Shown: positions 47,480-56,647 of the stretch, piece by piece
Layout of the letters: the number at the start of each line of letters is the position of its first letter
How positions within the stretch are numbered: the stretch's first letter is position 1
Assembly: GCA_016841565.1 (NCBI GenBank)
Contig: JAENYX010000010.1
Location: 13,998 to 77,997 of the forward strand
Direction of reading: 5' to 3'
DNA: 64,000 nucleotides
Source: Clostridium thermobutyricum
Lineage (GTDB): Bacteria > Bacillota > Clostridia > Ch29
Made by a program: the position numbers and the translations under genes
Notes under the pieces: generated by a model
What the model saw: the letters and a program-made list of their open reading frames with translations, nothing else
What the model was told of the DNA's origin: nothing
Databases searched by the model: none

Positions 47480-48766
47480 CTAGCCTAAATCATGGATAAA
47501 AAGGCCGCTTCTCAGTTTTGGTTCAAACCACGTTGATTTGGGCGGCATTACCCTGCCGGCATCGGCCACGTCAATAAGTTCCTGAATGGAAGTGGGGTAA
47601 AGGGAAAAAGCCGCAGACTTCCCCCCGTTAACCATTTTTTCCAACTGGCCCAGACCTCTTATGCCGCCTACAAATTCAATCCGGCCGTCGGTTCTGGGAT
47701 CTTTTATTCCTAACACAGGTTCCAGGAGTTGTTTCTGTAAAATGGAAACGTCCAGACACTCAATGGGATCGTCGGCATCCCAGGTTCCCGGAATGGCTTT
47801 CAACCGGTACCACTTGTTTCCCACATACATGCCAATATTATGCCTTTGTTGCGGCCGGTAAGCCTTGACCTCTTCCGCAGGACTCATCTCAGAAGCGGTA
47901 CCTGTTCCCTTATTTGGTTCCCAGGGACTCAATTCAAACCTTTTGGAAACTTTTTGTATAAATTCTTCCTGGGACAGACCGTTAAGGTCATTAACCACCC
48001 TGTTGTAATCAAGGATATTGAGCCTGTTGTGTGGGAAAACCACCCCTAAAAAGAAATTGAACTCCTCATCTCCCCGGTAAGCGGACTTTCTTTTTTCCAG
48101 ACATGCCCTGGCAGCTGCGGCGCACCGGTGATGCCCGTCTGCAATATACAGGCTGTCAACCCTGTCAAAAAGACCCGCCAGCTTATCTATTGTCTCCTGC
48201 TTATCTATAACCCATATCCTGTGGACTACACCGTCCTCCGATGTAAAATCATAAACAGGACAATTTTCCTTCATCCATCCGTCCATTATTATCTGTATTT
48301 CCTTTTGCTCCCTGTAAAACAGCAATATAGGTCCGGTATTGGCATTGCACTCAAGTATGTGGTTTGTTCTGTCCAGTTCCTTGTCCGGCCTTGTATTTTC
48401 GTGCTTCTTAATCACACCTTCAAGATACTCGTCCACTGAAAGGCAGGCCACCAGCCCAGCCTGGCTTTTACCCCGAGCTTCCAACCGGTAGATATACAGG
48501 CATTCCGCCCGGTCCTGCGCCAATATTCCCTGGTCTATCAGACTTCTGAGATTCTCCGCAGCTTTTTTATAAACCATAGAATTATTAAAAGCCACGTTAT
48601 GGCCAAATTCAATTTCAGCCCGGTCCACCCTTAAAAAGGACAGGCTGTTGTCCTGCACCATCGCTTCGGCTTCCTCCCGGCTCATCACATCATAGGGGAG
48701 TGCGGCAACTTTTCCGGCCATATCCTTCACAGGCCTTATTGCTTTAAATGCTTTAATTATCGCCAT
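47480..48766 (-). CDS. DUF1015 family protein
   Basis: VAALPYDV, IKKHE.T..DKE.DR, YIADGHHR.AAA and MPPKSTWFEPKLRSGL motifs; start set at ATG 48766. Confidence 0.88.
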   Translation of the reverse strand: MAIIKAFKAIRPVKDMAGKVAALPYDVMSREEAEAMVQDNSLSFLRVDRAEIEFGHNVAFNNSMVYKKAAENLRSLIDQGILAQDRAECLYIYRLEARGKSQAGLVACLSVDEYLEGVIKKHENTRPDKELDRTNHILECNANTGPILLFYREQKEIQIIMDGWMKENCPVYDFTSEDGVVHRIWVIDKQETIDKLAGLFDRVDSLYIADGHHRCAAAARACLEKRKSAYRGDEEFNFFLGVVFPHNRLNILDYNRVVNDLNGLSQEEFIQKVSKRFELSPWEPNKGTGTASEMSPAEEVKAYRPQQRHNIGMYVGNKWYRLKAIPGTWDADDPIECLDVSILQKQLLEPVLGIKDPRTDGRIEFVGGIRGLGQLEKMVNGGKSAAFSLYPTSIQELIDVADAGRVMPPKSTWFEPKLRSGLFIHDLG

Positions 48767-48787
48767 TTTAACCTCCTGCACCAATGT

Positions 48788-48822
48788 TTTAAAAAACCGG
48801 TGTTACCCACCGGTTTTTTAAA
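48788..48822 (-). terminator. Terminator of the rnf operon
   Basis: TTTAAAAAACCGGTG-TTACC-CACCGGTTTTTTAAA. Confidence 0.75.
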
Positions 48823-48836
48823 TATTCATTTTGATC

Positions 48837-48863
48837 TGAGACAAAGAATGGTTCCTTGTCTCA
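48837..48863. repeat. REP-like short palindromic element, copy 3
   Basis: Minus strand TGAGACAA-GGAACCATTCT-TTGTCTCA, directly after the rnfB stop. Confidence 0.55.
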
Positions 48864-48864
48864 T

Positions 48865-49692
48865 TTATACGGCTACTGTGACTTTTTCCAGATCGCCCTC
48901 TATGCATTTTTTCGGACATGCTTTCACGCATTCCATACAACCGGTACATTTATCGTAATCTATAACCGCAAGATTGTTTTCTACGTGTATAGCATCAAAA
49001 TTACATACCTTTTCACATTTCTTGCAGGCAATACACCCTGCTTTACAGGTCTTGTTGACAATTTTACCCGGTTCGGGGCTGCTGCACAGTACATGGACTT
49101 CCTTGCCGTAGGGTACCATTTTTATTATATTCTTGGGACAGGCGGCCACACATTTTTTGCAGCCAATACATTTTTCCTTGTCTATTACCGCTATACCTCC
49201 GTCGGATATAGTAATGGCATCGGCCGGACAAACCTTCACGCAGGACCCAAGACCAAGGCAGCCGTACTGACAGCTCTTTGGTCCTCCTCCTACCATTCTG
49301 TTGGCGGCAACACAATCCTCCACCCCAATATACCTGTATTTATCTTCACACTTTTCACTGTCGCCTCCGCACAATACCTTTGCAACCTGTTTCTCCCCCG
49401 AAGCGACGGCATCATCTATTCCCATTATCTCGGCTACCTTGCTGCCAATATCGGCACCACCCACCGGACAGCCGTTACATTCCACCTCGCCGGCAACTAC
49501 AGCTGCTGCATAGTTGGAGCATCCGGGATAGCCGCAGCCGCCGCAGTTTGCTCCGGGAAGTACTGCCAGTATTTCACCTATCCTCGGGTCCTCCTCAACA
49601 GCAAACTTCTTGGATGCAAAGGCAAGGAACCCTGCAAAGAATACTCCTATGGCTCCCATACTTATGACAGCAATTAGTATAGTATTGTTCAT
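48865..49692 (-). CDS. rnfB: Rnf complex subunit B
   Basis: LPGANCGGCGYPGC, CPVGG and multiple CxxCxxCxxxCP motifs. Confidence 0.95.
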   Translation of the reverse strand: MNNTILIAVISMGAIGVFFAGFLAFASKKFAVEEDPRIGEILAVLPGANCGGCGYPGCSNYAAAVVAGEVECNGCPVGGADIGSKVAEIMGIDDAVASGEKQVAKVLCGGDSEKCEDKYRYIGVEDCVAANRMVGGGPKSCQYGCLGLGSCVKVCPADAITISDGGIAVIDKEKCIGCKKCVAACPKNIIKMVPYGKEVHVLCSSPEPGKIVNKTCKAGCIACKKCEKVCNFDAIHVENNLAVIDYDKCTGCMECVKACPKKCIEGDLEKVTVAV

Positions 49693-49705
49693 CTTTTCAC
49701 CTCCA

Positions 49706-50287
49706 CTACATAGCTATAAGGCCGGAAAAACCCATAAAAGCCATTGACATTATTGCTGCAGTAACAAGGGTTATTGGTACACCCTTGAAAGGTTCGGGTA
49801 CATCACCGAACTCCATGTTTTCCCTAAGACCGGCCATTGCCGATATGGCCAGCGTAAAGCCCACTCCGGCACCAAATCCGAAAACCGTACTGGTAATAAG
49901 TCCGTATCCGTTCAAAGCCGACAACAGCGCAAGACCTAATATTGCGCAATTGGTGGTAATCAACGGTAAAAATATGCCCAGACTCTGGTACAGCGCAGGA
50001 CTTGTCTTTTTAAGGAACATCTCCACAAACTGTACCAATGCTGCTATGACCAGTATAAATGCAACATATTGGAGAAATCTCTCCATTCCAAAGGGCATCA
50101 GTATATAATGCTGTATCAGCCAGGTTGCTATGGCCGAAAGGGTCATAACAAAAGTGGCTGCCAATCCCATACTGAAAGCTACTTCCAGCTTCTTGGATAC
50201 TCCCAGAAACGGGCATATCCCGAGAAACCTTGACAGTACGAAATTATTTATCAATACTGTGCTAATGAACAACAGTAATAGTTCCAT
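49706..50287 (-). CDS. rnfA: Rnf complex subunit A
   Basis: [16 protein letters not shown] and LPLITTNCA motifs. Confidence 0.96.
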   Translation of the reverse strand: MELLLLFISTVLINNFVLSRFLGICPFLGVSKKLEVAFSMGLAATFVMTLSAIATWLIQHYILMPFGMERFLQYVAFILVIAALVQFVEMFLKKTSPALYQSLGIFLPLITTNCAILGLALLSALNGYGLITSTVFGFGAGVGFTLAISAMAGLRENMEFGDVPEPFKGVPITLVTAAIMSMAFMGFSGLIAM

Positions 50288-50326
50288 TACATTATTCCCC
50301 CCTATCTAAGGTATAGCTATCACTCA

Positions 50327-50935
50327 TTAACCGCACTGTGTTTTCTTTTTGTTAAGCGCCGCATTGAACAGGCCCAAAAGCAAACCTAATGTCAGGAAAG
50401 CTCCCGGAGGAAGTATGAATATTATCCAGGATACAAAGTTCTCTCCAAAAAGCTGCATTCCGAATATTGAACCCATACCCATTATCTCCCTGATTGTCCC
50501 CAGCAAAGTCAAAGCCCAGGTAAATCCCAGTCCCATTCCAAGGGCATCCATTAATGATTTCCCAATGGTATTTTTTGACGCAAAGGCTTCGGCTCTGGCC
50601 AAAATAATACAGTTAACCACTATAAGGGGTATAAACAGACCCAACACCTTGTATATATCCGGGAAAAAAGCCGCCAAAGCAAGGTCTGCTATGGTAACAA
50701 ATGTGGCAATGATAATGACGTAGGATGGTATCCTCACCTCATCGGGTATGATTTTCTTGAGTGCTGCCACCATTATGTTTGAACCTATCAGAACAAAGGT
50801 GGTGGCAAGACCCATTGACAGGCCGTTCATGGCTGCATTGGTTATGGCCAGCGTCGGACACATCCCAAGCAGCAGTCTGAAAGTCGGGTTCTCGTCCCAT
50901 AGACCTTTAAAAAATTCATAATTGGATTTCATCAT
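50327..50935 (-). CDS. rnfE: Rnf complex subunit E
   Basis: ENPTF..LLGMCPTLA, PLIVVNCIILARAE and LPPGAF motifs. Confidence 0.96.
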   Translation of the reverse strand: MMKSNYEFFKGLWDENPTFRLLLGMCPTLAITNAAMNGLSMGLATTFVLIGSNIMVAALKKIIPDEVRIPSYVIIIATFVTIADLALAAFFPDIYKVLGLFIPLIVVNCIILARAEAFASKNTIGKSLMDALGMGLGFTWALTLLGTIREIMGMGSIFGMQLFGENFVSWIIFILPPGAFLTLGLLLGLFNAALNKKKTQCG

Positions 50936-51480
50936 TTTCCACCTCCCGATACCTCATAATGTTCCATAGCCAATGGAAGGCTTTGCTTCAATATTGCCGA
51001 TACCGATTTTGAAGAAACGGTAGCACCGGTTACACCGTCCACATCCTCTTTTACTACAAAATTATCGTTAATCGGCTTTTGTGCAAACTGACTCTGGAAG
51101 GATGGTTCTCCGATTCTGGCGCCAAGGCCGGGTGTCTCTGAATGGGTGAGTATTTTTATTCCGGTTATTTTTTCTTCCTTAGGATCTACTCCCACCATCA
51201 TACTAATTATGCCCTGAAAGCCTCCACCCTCAGCTATATATGAAAATCCAACCTCATTCCCTCCGCTGTCCAGTCCGACAAATATCGGGAAATCGTCTTC
51301 TCCCAACTGTTTGTAGCTGACAGCGCCGGGGAGGGTCTCCAGTATTGCAATTTCCTGGTCCTGCGCCGCATTCGCTTCGATATAGGGTATAGTATAGGTA
51401 TAGGTAAGTGCAAGGAAGAGCCCTGCGCCAACCGATATTACTGCCAATACCAATATAAGTTTCGCTATCGGATTCTTCAT
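50932..51480 (-). CDS. rnfG: Rnf complex subunit G
   Basis: N-terminal TM helix, HSETPGLG and FMN-attachment DGVTGATVSS motifs. Confidence 0.95.
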   Translation of the reverse strand: MKNPIAKLILVLAVISVGAGLFLALTYTYTIPYIEANAAQDQEIAILETLPGAVSYKQLGEDDFPIFVGLDSGGNEVGFSYIAEGGGFQGIISMMVGVDPKEEKITGIKILTHSETPGLGARIGEPSFQSQFAQKPINDNFVVKEDVDGVTGATVSSKSVSAILKQSLPLAMEHYEVSGGGK

Positions 51481-52400
51481 TTTTGCTTCACCTCCCCATA
51501 GATTTTGGGTCGGGTATACTTTTCTATAATTGGTGTAAATGTATTCATAAGAAGTATGGAGAACAGCACTCCTTCCGGATACCCACCGTACAGCCTTATG
51601 ATAACCACCAGTACGCCGGCTCCCACGCCAAATACAATCTTACCGGCTTTGGTAACCGGTGTGGTAACCATGTCGGTTGCCATGAAAAATGCCCCCAGCA
51701 TTAAACCGCCGGCCAGCAGATGAAACATGGGATCTGCACCAAGCACAAATGTCATGGCGGCTACCGTTCCAAGGTAAAACACCGGTATTCTCCAGTCGAT
51801 TATACCTCTATACAAAAGGTACAGGCCGCCTATTAGAAGCAGCAGTGCTGAGGTCTCTCCCAGGGAACCTCCAACATTCCCTATGAAAAGTTCCATATAA
51901 CCCGTTGCAGCCCCCTCCATCTTTAACATGCCTAATGGAGTAGCCGATGTCACCCCATCCACCGGGTTTACCCAGGTTGTCATATGAACTGGAAAACTGA
52001 CTACCAAAAAGGCTCTGCCCACAAGAGCAGGGTTAAAGGGGTTGCTCCCCAGTCCGCCGTACACCTGTTTACCAATCCCGATGGCCACCACGGCGCCGAC
52101 TGCAACCATCCACAGCGGCATTGCCGGTGAAAGGGTCAAAGCCAACAGCAATCCCGTTATAACTGCACTTCCATCGCTTACGGTAACAGGCTTATTCCTT
52201 ATCTTTTGTATGGCTGCTTCGGCTGCCACAGAGGCAGCAATACTGACCAGCGTTATTGCCAGCGCCCTGAAACCAAAGAAGTATACAGAGGCGGCAGTTG
52301 CAGGCAGCAGCGCTATTATCACATCAAGCATTATCCTTTGTACCGTTTCTTCAGACCTGATGTGCGGTGATGAACTAACTACAAGATTTCCATTGCCCAT
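51477..52400 (-). CDS. rnfD: Rnf complex subunit D
   Basis: SSPHI, GGLG.NPFNPALVGR, DGVTSATPL and FFMATD motifs. Confidence 0.96.
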   Translation of the reverse strand: MGNGNLVVSSSPHIRSEETVQRIMLDVIIALLPATAASVYFFGFRALAITLVSIAASVAAEAAIQKIRNKPVTVSDGSAVITGLLLALTLSPAMPLWMVAVGAVVAIGIGKQVYGGLGSNPFNPALVGRAFLVVSFPVHMTTWVNPVDGVTSATPLGMLKMEGAATGYMELFIGNVGGSLGETSALLLLIGGLYLLYRGIIDWRIPVFYLGTVAAMTFVLGADPMFHLLAGGLMLGAFFMATDMVTTPVTKAGKIVFGVGAGVLVVIIRLYGGYPEGVLFSILLMNTFTPIIEKYTRPKIYGEVKQK

Positions 52401-52420
52401 AGCTTATCCCTCCTATCCTA

Positions 52421-53758
52421 TCAGGCTTGTTTTGCTTTTCGTTTTTCTGCTATGATTTCGGCCTTTATGAGCCGGATTCTTTCCACCAGAGGTCTCTTGG
52501 CAGGACATACAAAGGAACAGCTCCCGCATTCTATACAGTCTACTGCGTTATACTCTTCCGCTTCCTGTAGCATGCCCTTCTGCGAAAAGCCCTCCAACTT
52601 GGTCGGCAAGAGGCCTATGGGACATGCATTAACACATTTTGCGCATTTTATACAAGGCAGCTCGGGTGAAAGCCCAAGGTCCTTTTCCTTTAGAATCAGC
52701 ATACCGGAAGTTCCTTTTATAACGGGTACCTCGGTGGTATATTGGGCAATACCCATCATTGGGCCTCCATGGATAATCTTCCCGACACCCTCTTCCAGCC
52801 CGCCGCACTGATCTATTACATCTGAAAAGGCTGTACCTATTCGGACTATCAGGTTCTGAGGCTTATTTATGCCGCTGCCGGTAATGGTTACTATCCTCTC
52901 CACCAGTGGCATACCGGTATCTATTGCACAAGCCAGCGCAGCAGCAGTACCCACGTTGTTAACAATAACGCCGCTGTCCATGGGTAGTCCTCCCGAGGGA
53001 ACTTCCCTGCCTGTGCAGGCCTTGATAAGCTGCTTCTCTGCACCCTGCGGGTATTTCGCCTTAAGAACAACAACCTGAACGCTTTTCTCTCCCCGGGCGG
53101 CTTCTGTTACCGCTTTGATGGCATCAGGCTTGTTCTCTTCTATTGCAATGTACCCTTTGTCCACATTAACGGCTTTCATCATGGCCTTGATGCCGTTAAC
53201 CACATCCTGGGGTCTCTCGACCATCAGCCTGTGGTCTGAAGTCAGATACGGTTCGCACTCTGCTCCGTTTAGAATAACCGTATCTATTTTCTTATCTGGA
53301 GGCGGGGAGAATTTGACCTGTGTTGGGAAAGCTGCTCCTCCCATACCCACAAGACCGGCTTCTCTCATTATGTTTTTTATTTGGTCAGCCTCCAGGTCTT
53401 CCAATTCCCCTTTGGGCTTGACGCTTTCATCAATGGTGTCAAGACCATCGGACTCTACCACTACCGATAGCACCATTCCTCCTCCGGGATGAGGTCTTTT
53501 CTCTATGGCAGCAACCTTGCCCGATACGCTGGAATGCACAGGTGCTCCGACAAATCCTTTTGGTTCCCCAACCTTTTGCCCCAGCTTTACCTCTTCCCCT
53601 ACCTTAACAACTGCTTCACACGGCGCACCAATATGCTGCTGCAGCGGTATTACAGCCACGTCCGGAGCTTTCGCTTTTGCTAAAGGCATATGCTCGGTTG
53701 CATGTTTATTGTGAGGAGGATGTGCACCTCCTTTAAAGGTTAATGGTTTAACTGGCAT
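52421..53758 (-). CDS. rnfC: Rnf complex subunit C
   Basis: QHIGAP, GLVGMGGAAFPT, NGAECEPYLTSD, YPQGAEK and two 4Fe-4S motifs; ATG 53758. Confidence 0.96.
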   Translation of the reverse strand: MPVKPLTFKGGAHPPHNKHATEHMPLAKAKAPDVAVIPLQQHIGAPCEAVVKVGEEVKLGQKVGEPKGFVGAPVHSSVSGKVAAIEKRPHPGGGMVLSVVVESDGLDTIDESVKPKGELEDLEADQIKNIMREAGLVGMGGAAFPTQVKFSPPPDKKIDTVILNGAECEPYLTSDHRLMVERPQDVVNGIKAMMKAVNVDKGYIAIEENKPDAIKAVTEAARGEKSVQVVVLKAKYPQGAEKQLIKACTGREVPSGGLPMDSGVIVNNVGTAAALACAIDTGMPLVERIVTITGSGINKPQNLIVRIGTAFSDVIDQCGGLEEGVGKIIHGGPMMGIAQYTTEVPVIKGTSGMLILKEKDLGLSPELPCIKCAKCVNACPIGLLPTKLEGFSQKGMLQEAEEYNAVDCIECGSCSFVCPAKRPLVERIRLIKAEIIAEKRKAKQA

Positions 53759-53778
53759 TTGCTTCACTCCTTTAACAT

Positions 53779-53860
53779 AAAAAAATGTCGGTTCTTTAGT
53801 TCCAACTTGTCTATACTACCCGGTTAAAGCCAAGCTTCTCAGCCGGGGTAAATCTACAAA
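53779..53860 (-). ncRNA. Candidate Na+-sensing (DUF1646-type) riboswitch with terminator-like platform in the rnf leader
   Basis: RNA GUAGAUUUAC-CCCGG-CUGAG-AAGC-UUG-GCUU-UAA-CCGGG-UAGU, then GUUGG...CCGAC-A-U7 just before the rnfC SD; TATAAT at 53891-53896. Family match is from memory, not computed. Confidence 0.5.
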
Positions 53861-54071
53861 AAATATATATTATCCCGCATAACACACTTAATTATACTAC
53901 AATTAATTTGCAAATTAAACCCGATAATTTGTTCCAATGGAGAATAACTATCCGAAACTAACATATATGACACATTTTTACAACACATTTTGGAGCTGCT
54001 TTACTGCTTTTCCGGCGGCTGACAGGAGTTATCGAATGCTCTGATGAGACAACAGGAAAAACATTTAGTTA

Positions 54072-54100
54072 TTGACTTACGGTTTATTGTCTGTTATACT
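54072..54100 (+). promoter_or_regulatory. Sigma-A promoter of the selenoprotein-glutaredoxin operon
   Basis: TTGACT-17 bp-TATACT with extended TG. Confidence 0.75.
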
Positions 54101-54154
54101 TTAATTGCCCCATATAGGGGGGGCGGGTATATTGTAAAATAAGGAGGATTATGT

Positions 54155-54451
54155 ATGCAAATAAATATACAGGACGGTGCAAAGCAAGAGCTTAACAGAA
54201 TTTTAGACTCTAAAGGCGTCTCACAGAAATCCCTGCGTATATATACAGCAGGTGTGGGCTGAGGCGGTCCAACCTTTGCTATGGCTCTGGATGAGCCTGG
54301 AGAGAATGATATAACAAATGAATTAGAGGGATTTACTTTTATTATTGACAAGGATTTGGCCAGAAAGTACCCAAATTATAGTATTGTGTATCAAAACGGC
54401 CTTGTTTTCAAAGGCTTGCGTATATACGCAGAGGGAACATCAGGATGTTAG
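54155..54451 (+). CDS. HesB/IscA-like selenoprotein (UGA recoded as Sec at codon 36), 98 aa
   Basis: Absent from the ORF track. MQINIQDGAKQELNRILDSKGVSQKSLRIYTAGVG-U-GGPTFAMALDEPGEND...IIDKDLA...GTSGC; SD AAGGAGG; in-frame TGA at 54260-54262 at the conserved Cys position. Confidence 0.88.
54260..54297 (+). promoter_or_regulatory. Candidate bacterial SECIS element
   Basis: GGCTC-TGGAT-GAGCC hairpin at 54283-54297; loop starts 26 nt after UGA with G at its second position. Confidence 0.65.
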
Positions 54452-54461
54452 GAGGGATATT

Positions 54462-54686
54462 ATGAAAAATGTAACTGTCTATACCAGCGATACCTGCGGT
54501 TACTGCCAGATGCTCAAGGAATACTTAAAGGACAGAAAAATAACTTATACCGAAAAAAATATAAACACAGACGCCCAAGCGAGAAATGAACTGATAAGCA
54601 AGGGCTATATGGGAGTTCCTGTTGTTATAGTTGGAGATGAAACAATTGTTGGTTTTGACAAAGCAAAACTTGACCAAATACTTTAA
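54462..54686 (+). CDS. Glutaredoxin-like protein (NrdH/YruB type)
   Basis: VYTSDTCGYC, GVP and IVGFD motifs; true start ATG 54462 with SD GGAGG overlapping the upstream TAG. Confidence 0.9.
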   Translation: MKNVTVYTSDTCGYCQMLKEYLKDRKITYTEKNINTDAQARNELISKGYMGVPVVIVGDETIVGFDKAKLDQIL

Positions 54687-54693
54687 AATCACG

Positions 54694-54720
54694 AAAGCCG
54701 CTTCAGTCAAGCGGCTTTTT
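54694..54720. terminator. Bidirectional terminator
   Basis: AAAGCCGCTT-CAGTC-AAGCGGCTTTTT. Confidence 0.8.
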
Positions 54721-54739
54721 CATTATATCAATTAAGTTT

Positions 54740-55180
54740 TCAGTCCTGTAGCACCTCGATGCCGTCTCCCGGCTTTATTGTACCGCCTTGTACCACCTTT
54801 GCAAATATCCCCTCGGTGGGCATTATGCACGCTCCTACCTGTTTAAATACCTCGCATCCCAGGTGGCATTCCTTGCCAATCTGACTGATTTCCAAAACCG
54901 TCTCCCCCACCTTTATCCTTGTACCCACTCCTACGGTATGAAGCTTGATACCCTGGGTGGTAATATTCTCTGCGAATTTCCCGGTACACAGTCCCTCAAT
55001 ACCCAGAGCCTTCATCTTGTCTATGCTCTCCTGGGCAAGGATGCTGACCTGCCTGTGCCATTTACCTGCATGGGCATCCCCCTCCAGACCAAAATCCTTA
55101 ATTAAATTGACCTTTTCTATGGGTTTTTTAATTTGCCCTTTTTTCTCGCTTCTATTGACGGCAATTACTGTTCCCGTCAC
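54740..55180 (-). CDS. MOSC domain-containing protein
   Basis: GLEGDAHAG.WHRQVS.L, FAENI.T.G, QIGKECH..C and MP.EG.F motifs. Confidence 0.9.
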   Translation of the reverse strand: MTGTVIAVNRSEKKGQIKKPIEKVNLIKDFGLEGDAHAGKWHRQVSILAQESIDKMKALGIEGLCTGKFAENITTQGIKLHTVGVGTRIKVGETVLEISQIGKECHLGCEVFKQVGACIMPTEGIFAKVVQGGTIKPGDGIEVLQD

Positions 55181-55664
55181 TTTTGACTCCCCCTTTTAGA
55201 TAATGTCCCGACTTCCCGCCGCGTTTTTCTATTAATTCAATATCTCCGATAACCATTTCCTTATCTACCGCTTTGCACATATCATAAACCGTCAGTGCCG
55301 CCACCGCTACCGCCGTAAGGGCCTCCATCTCCACACCGGTCTTCCCCGATACGCTAACCTCGGCCTTTATCTCCACCGCCGTCAGCTCCCGGTTGATTTC
55401 AAGCTTCATATCAATACCGCTTATGCTCAAAGGATGACACATGGGGATTATGTTTGGCGTTTGCTTGGCCCCCATTATACCTCCCACCTGGGCAACTCCA
55501 AGCACATCCCCCTTTTTCATATCACCCTTTTCCACAAGCTCCAGCGTTCCAGGCTTCATATATACCCTTCCCCGGGCTACCGCCCTTCTGTCGGTAATGT
55601 CCTTGTCCCCGACATCGACCATCCTGGCACGGCCCTGGTCGTTCAAATGAGTCAACCCATCCAT
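55152..55664 (-). CDS. moaC: Cyclic pyranopterin monophosphate synthase
   Basis: LTH.....ARMVDV, IPMCHP, TGVEMEAL and YDMCKAVD motifs. Confidence 0.96.
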   Translation of the reverse strand: MDGLTHLNDQGRARMVDVGDKDITDRRAVARGRVYMKPGTLELVEKGDMKKGDVLGVAQVGGIMGAKQTPNIIPMCHPLSISGIDMKLEINRELTAVEIKAEVSVSGKTGVEMEALTAVAVAALTVYDMCKAVDKEMVIGDIELIEKRGGKSGHYLKGGVKSDGNSNCRQ

Positions 55665-55668
55665 AAAA

Positions 55669-56634
55669 TCAACCTCCTATCTGGTACATATCCCTCTTTC
55701 CATCGGCAACACTCAGGTCATCCATTCTATGCTTTCTTGGCTTTAGCCCAATGGCACGGCCCAATACATCAATCAGCTCTCCCTTGCCCTGCCTTAAGGC
55801 AGGCATTAAATCCACCTCAATGTCACTATGAAGACAGGGCTTTATCTTTCCGTCGGCAGTCAGCCTTATCCTGTTGCAGCTTTCGCAGAAATTATGGCTT
55901 AAAGCTCCGATAAACCCCACAGTTCCGATAGCCCCGGGTATTTTATAGTTTACCGCAGGGCCGCTTCCCCGGACCTTGTCTTCAGGCATAAGCCCCGGAA
56001 GCCTTTTCATAACCTCGTCGGTAGAAATAAAACGGTCGTTAAACCACTGTGAAGCATGCCCTACAGGCATAAGTTCTATAAACCTTACGCCGACCGGCAG
56101 TATTTTAGTAAGCTTTGCGAACTCCTCTACCTCGTCATCGTTTATACCTTTCATTATGACTACGTTAATTTTGACGGGTTTAAGGTTATTTTCCATGCAT
56201 GCGCTGATACCCTGAAAAACCCTGTCAATATCCCCCGCCCTTGTAATATGTCTATATCTGACAGCCGAGAGGGAATCGAGGCTGATATTTACCCTGTCAA
56301 GACCGGCTTCCTTCAAGCCGCCCGCCATTTGGCTCAAAAGTATGCCGTTTGTGGTAAGGGATATATCGGTTATACCTTTGATACCCCTTATTCCTTTTAT
56401 CAGGTCCTGTATGTCGGGCCTTACCAGGGGCTCTCCTCCGGTCAGCCGTATTTTTGATATGCCAAGCTTAGTCCCCTGACAAACTATCTCCATTATTTCC
56501 TCGTACCGCAGCACGTCCCGGTGGTCCATTTTACAGATACCTTCCTCGGGCATACAGTAAAAGCACCTCAGGTTGCACCGGTCGGTCACCGAAATCCTCA
56601 TATAATCAATCTGCCTGTTATGGCTATCCTTCAT
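55669..56634 (-). CDS. moaA: GTP 3',8-cyclase
   Basis: TDRCNLRCFYCMP, TGGEPL, FCxxCNR.R.T.DG..KPC and C-terminal IGG motifs; start ATG 56634. Confidence 0.96.
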   Translation of the reverse strand: MKDSHNRQIDYMRISVTDRCNLRCFYCMPEEGICKMDHRDVLRYEEIMEIVCQGTKLGISKIRLTGGEPLVRPDIQDLIKGIRGIKGITDISLTTNGILLSQMAGGLKEAGLDRVNISLDSLSAVRYRHITRAGDIDRVFQGISACMENNLKPVKINVVIMKGINDDEVEEFAKLTKILPVGVRFIELMPVGHASQWFNDRFISTDEVMKRLPGLMPEDKVRGSGPAVNYKIPGAIGTVGFIGALSHNFCESCNRIRLTADGKIKPCLHSDIEVDLMPALRQGKGELIDVLGRAIGLKPRKHRMDDLSVADGKRDMYQIGG

Positions 56635-56647
56635 GTCAATACCCCCT

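Noticed and set aside
54010-54060. CTGATGA...GAAA resembling a hammerhead core, or GGAGTT...CTGATGA resembling a fluoride riboswitch
   Set aside because: Stem II cannot close (G rather than C before GAAA), no flanking stems are evident, and the fluoride pseudoknot pairing is missing.
54094-54351. 85-aa minus-strand ORF offered by the track
   Set aside because: It is the antisense of the HesB-like selenoprotein, which has the promoter, SD and family motifs.
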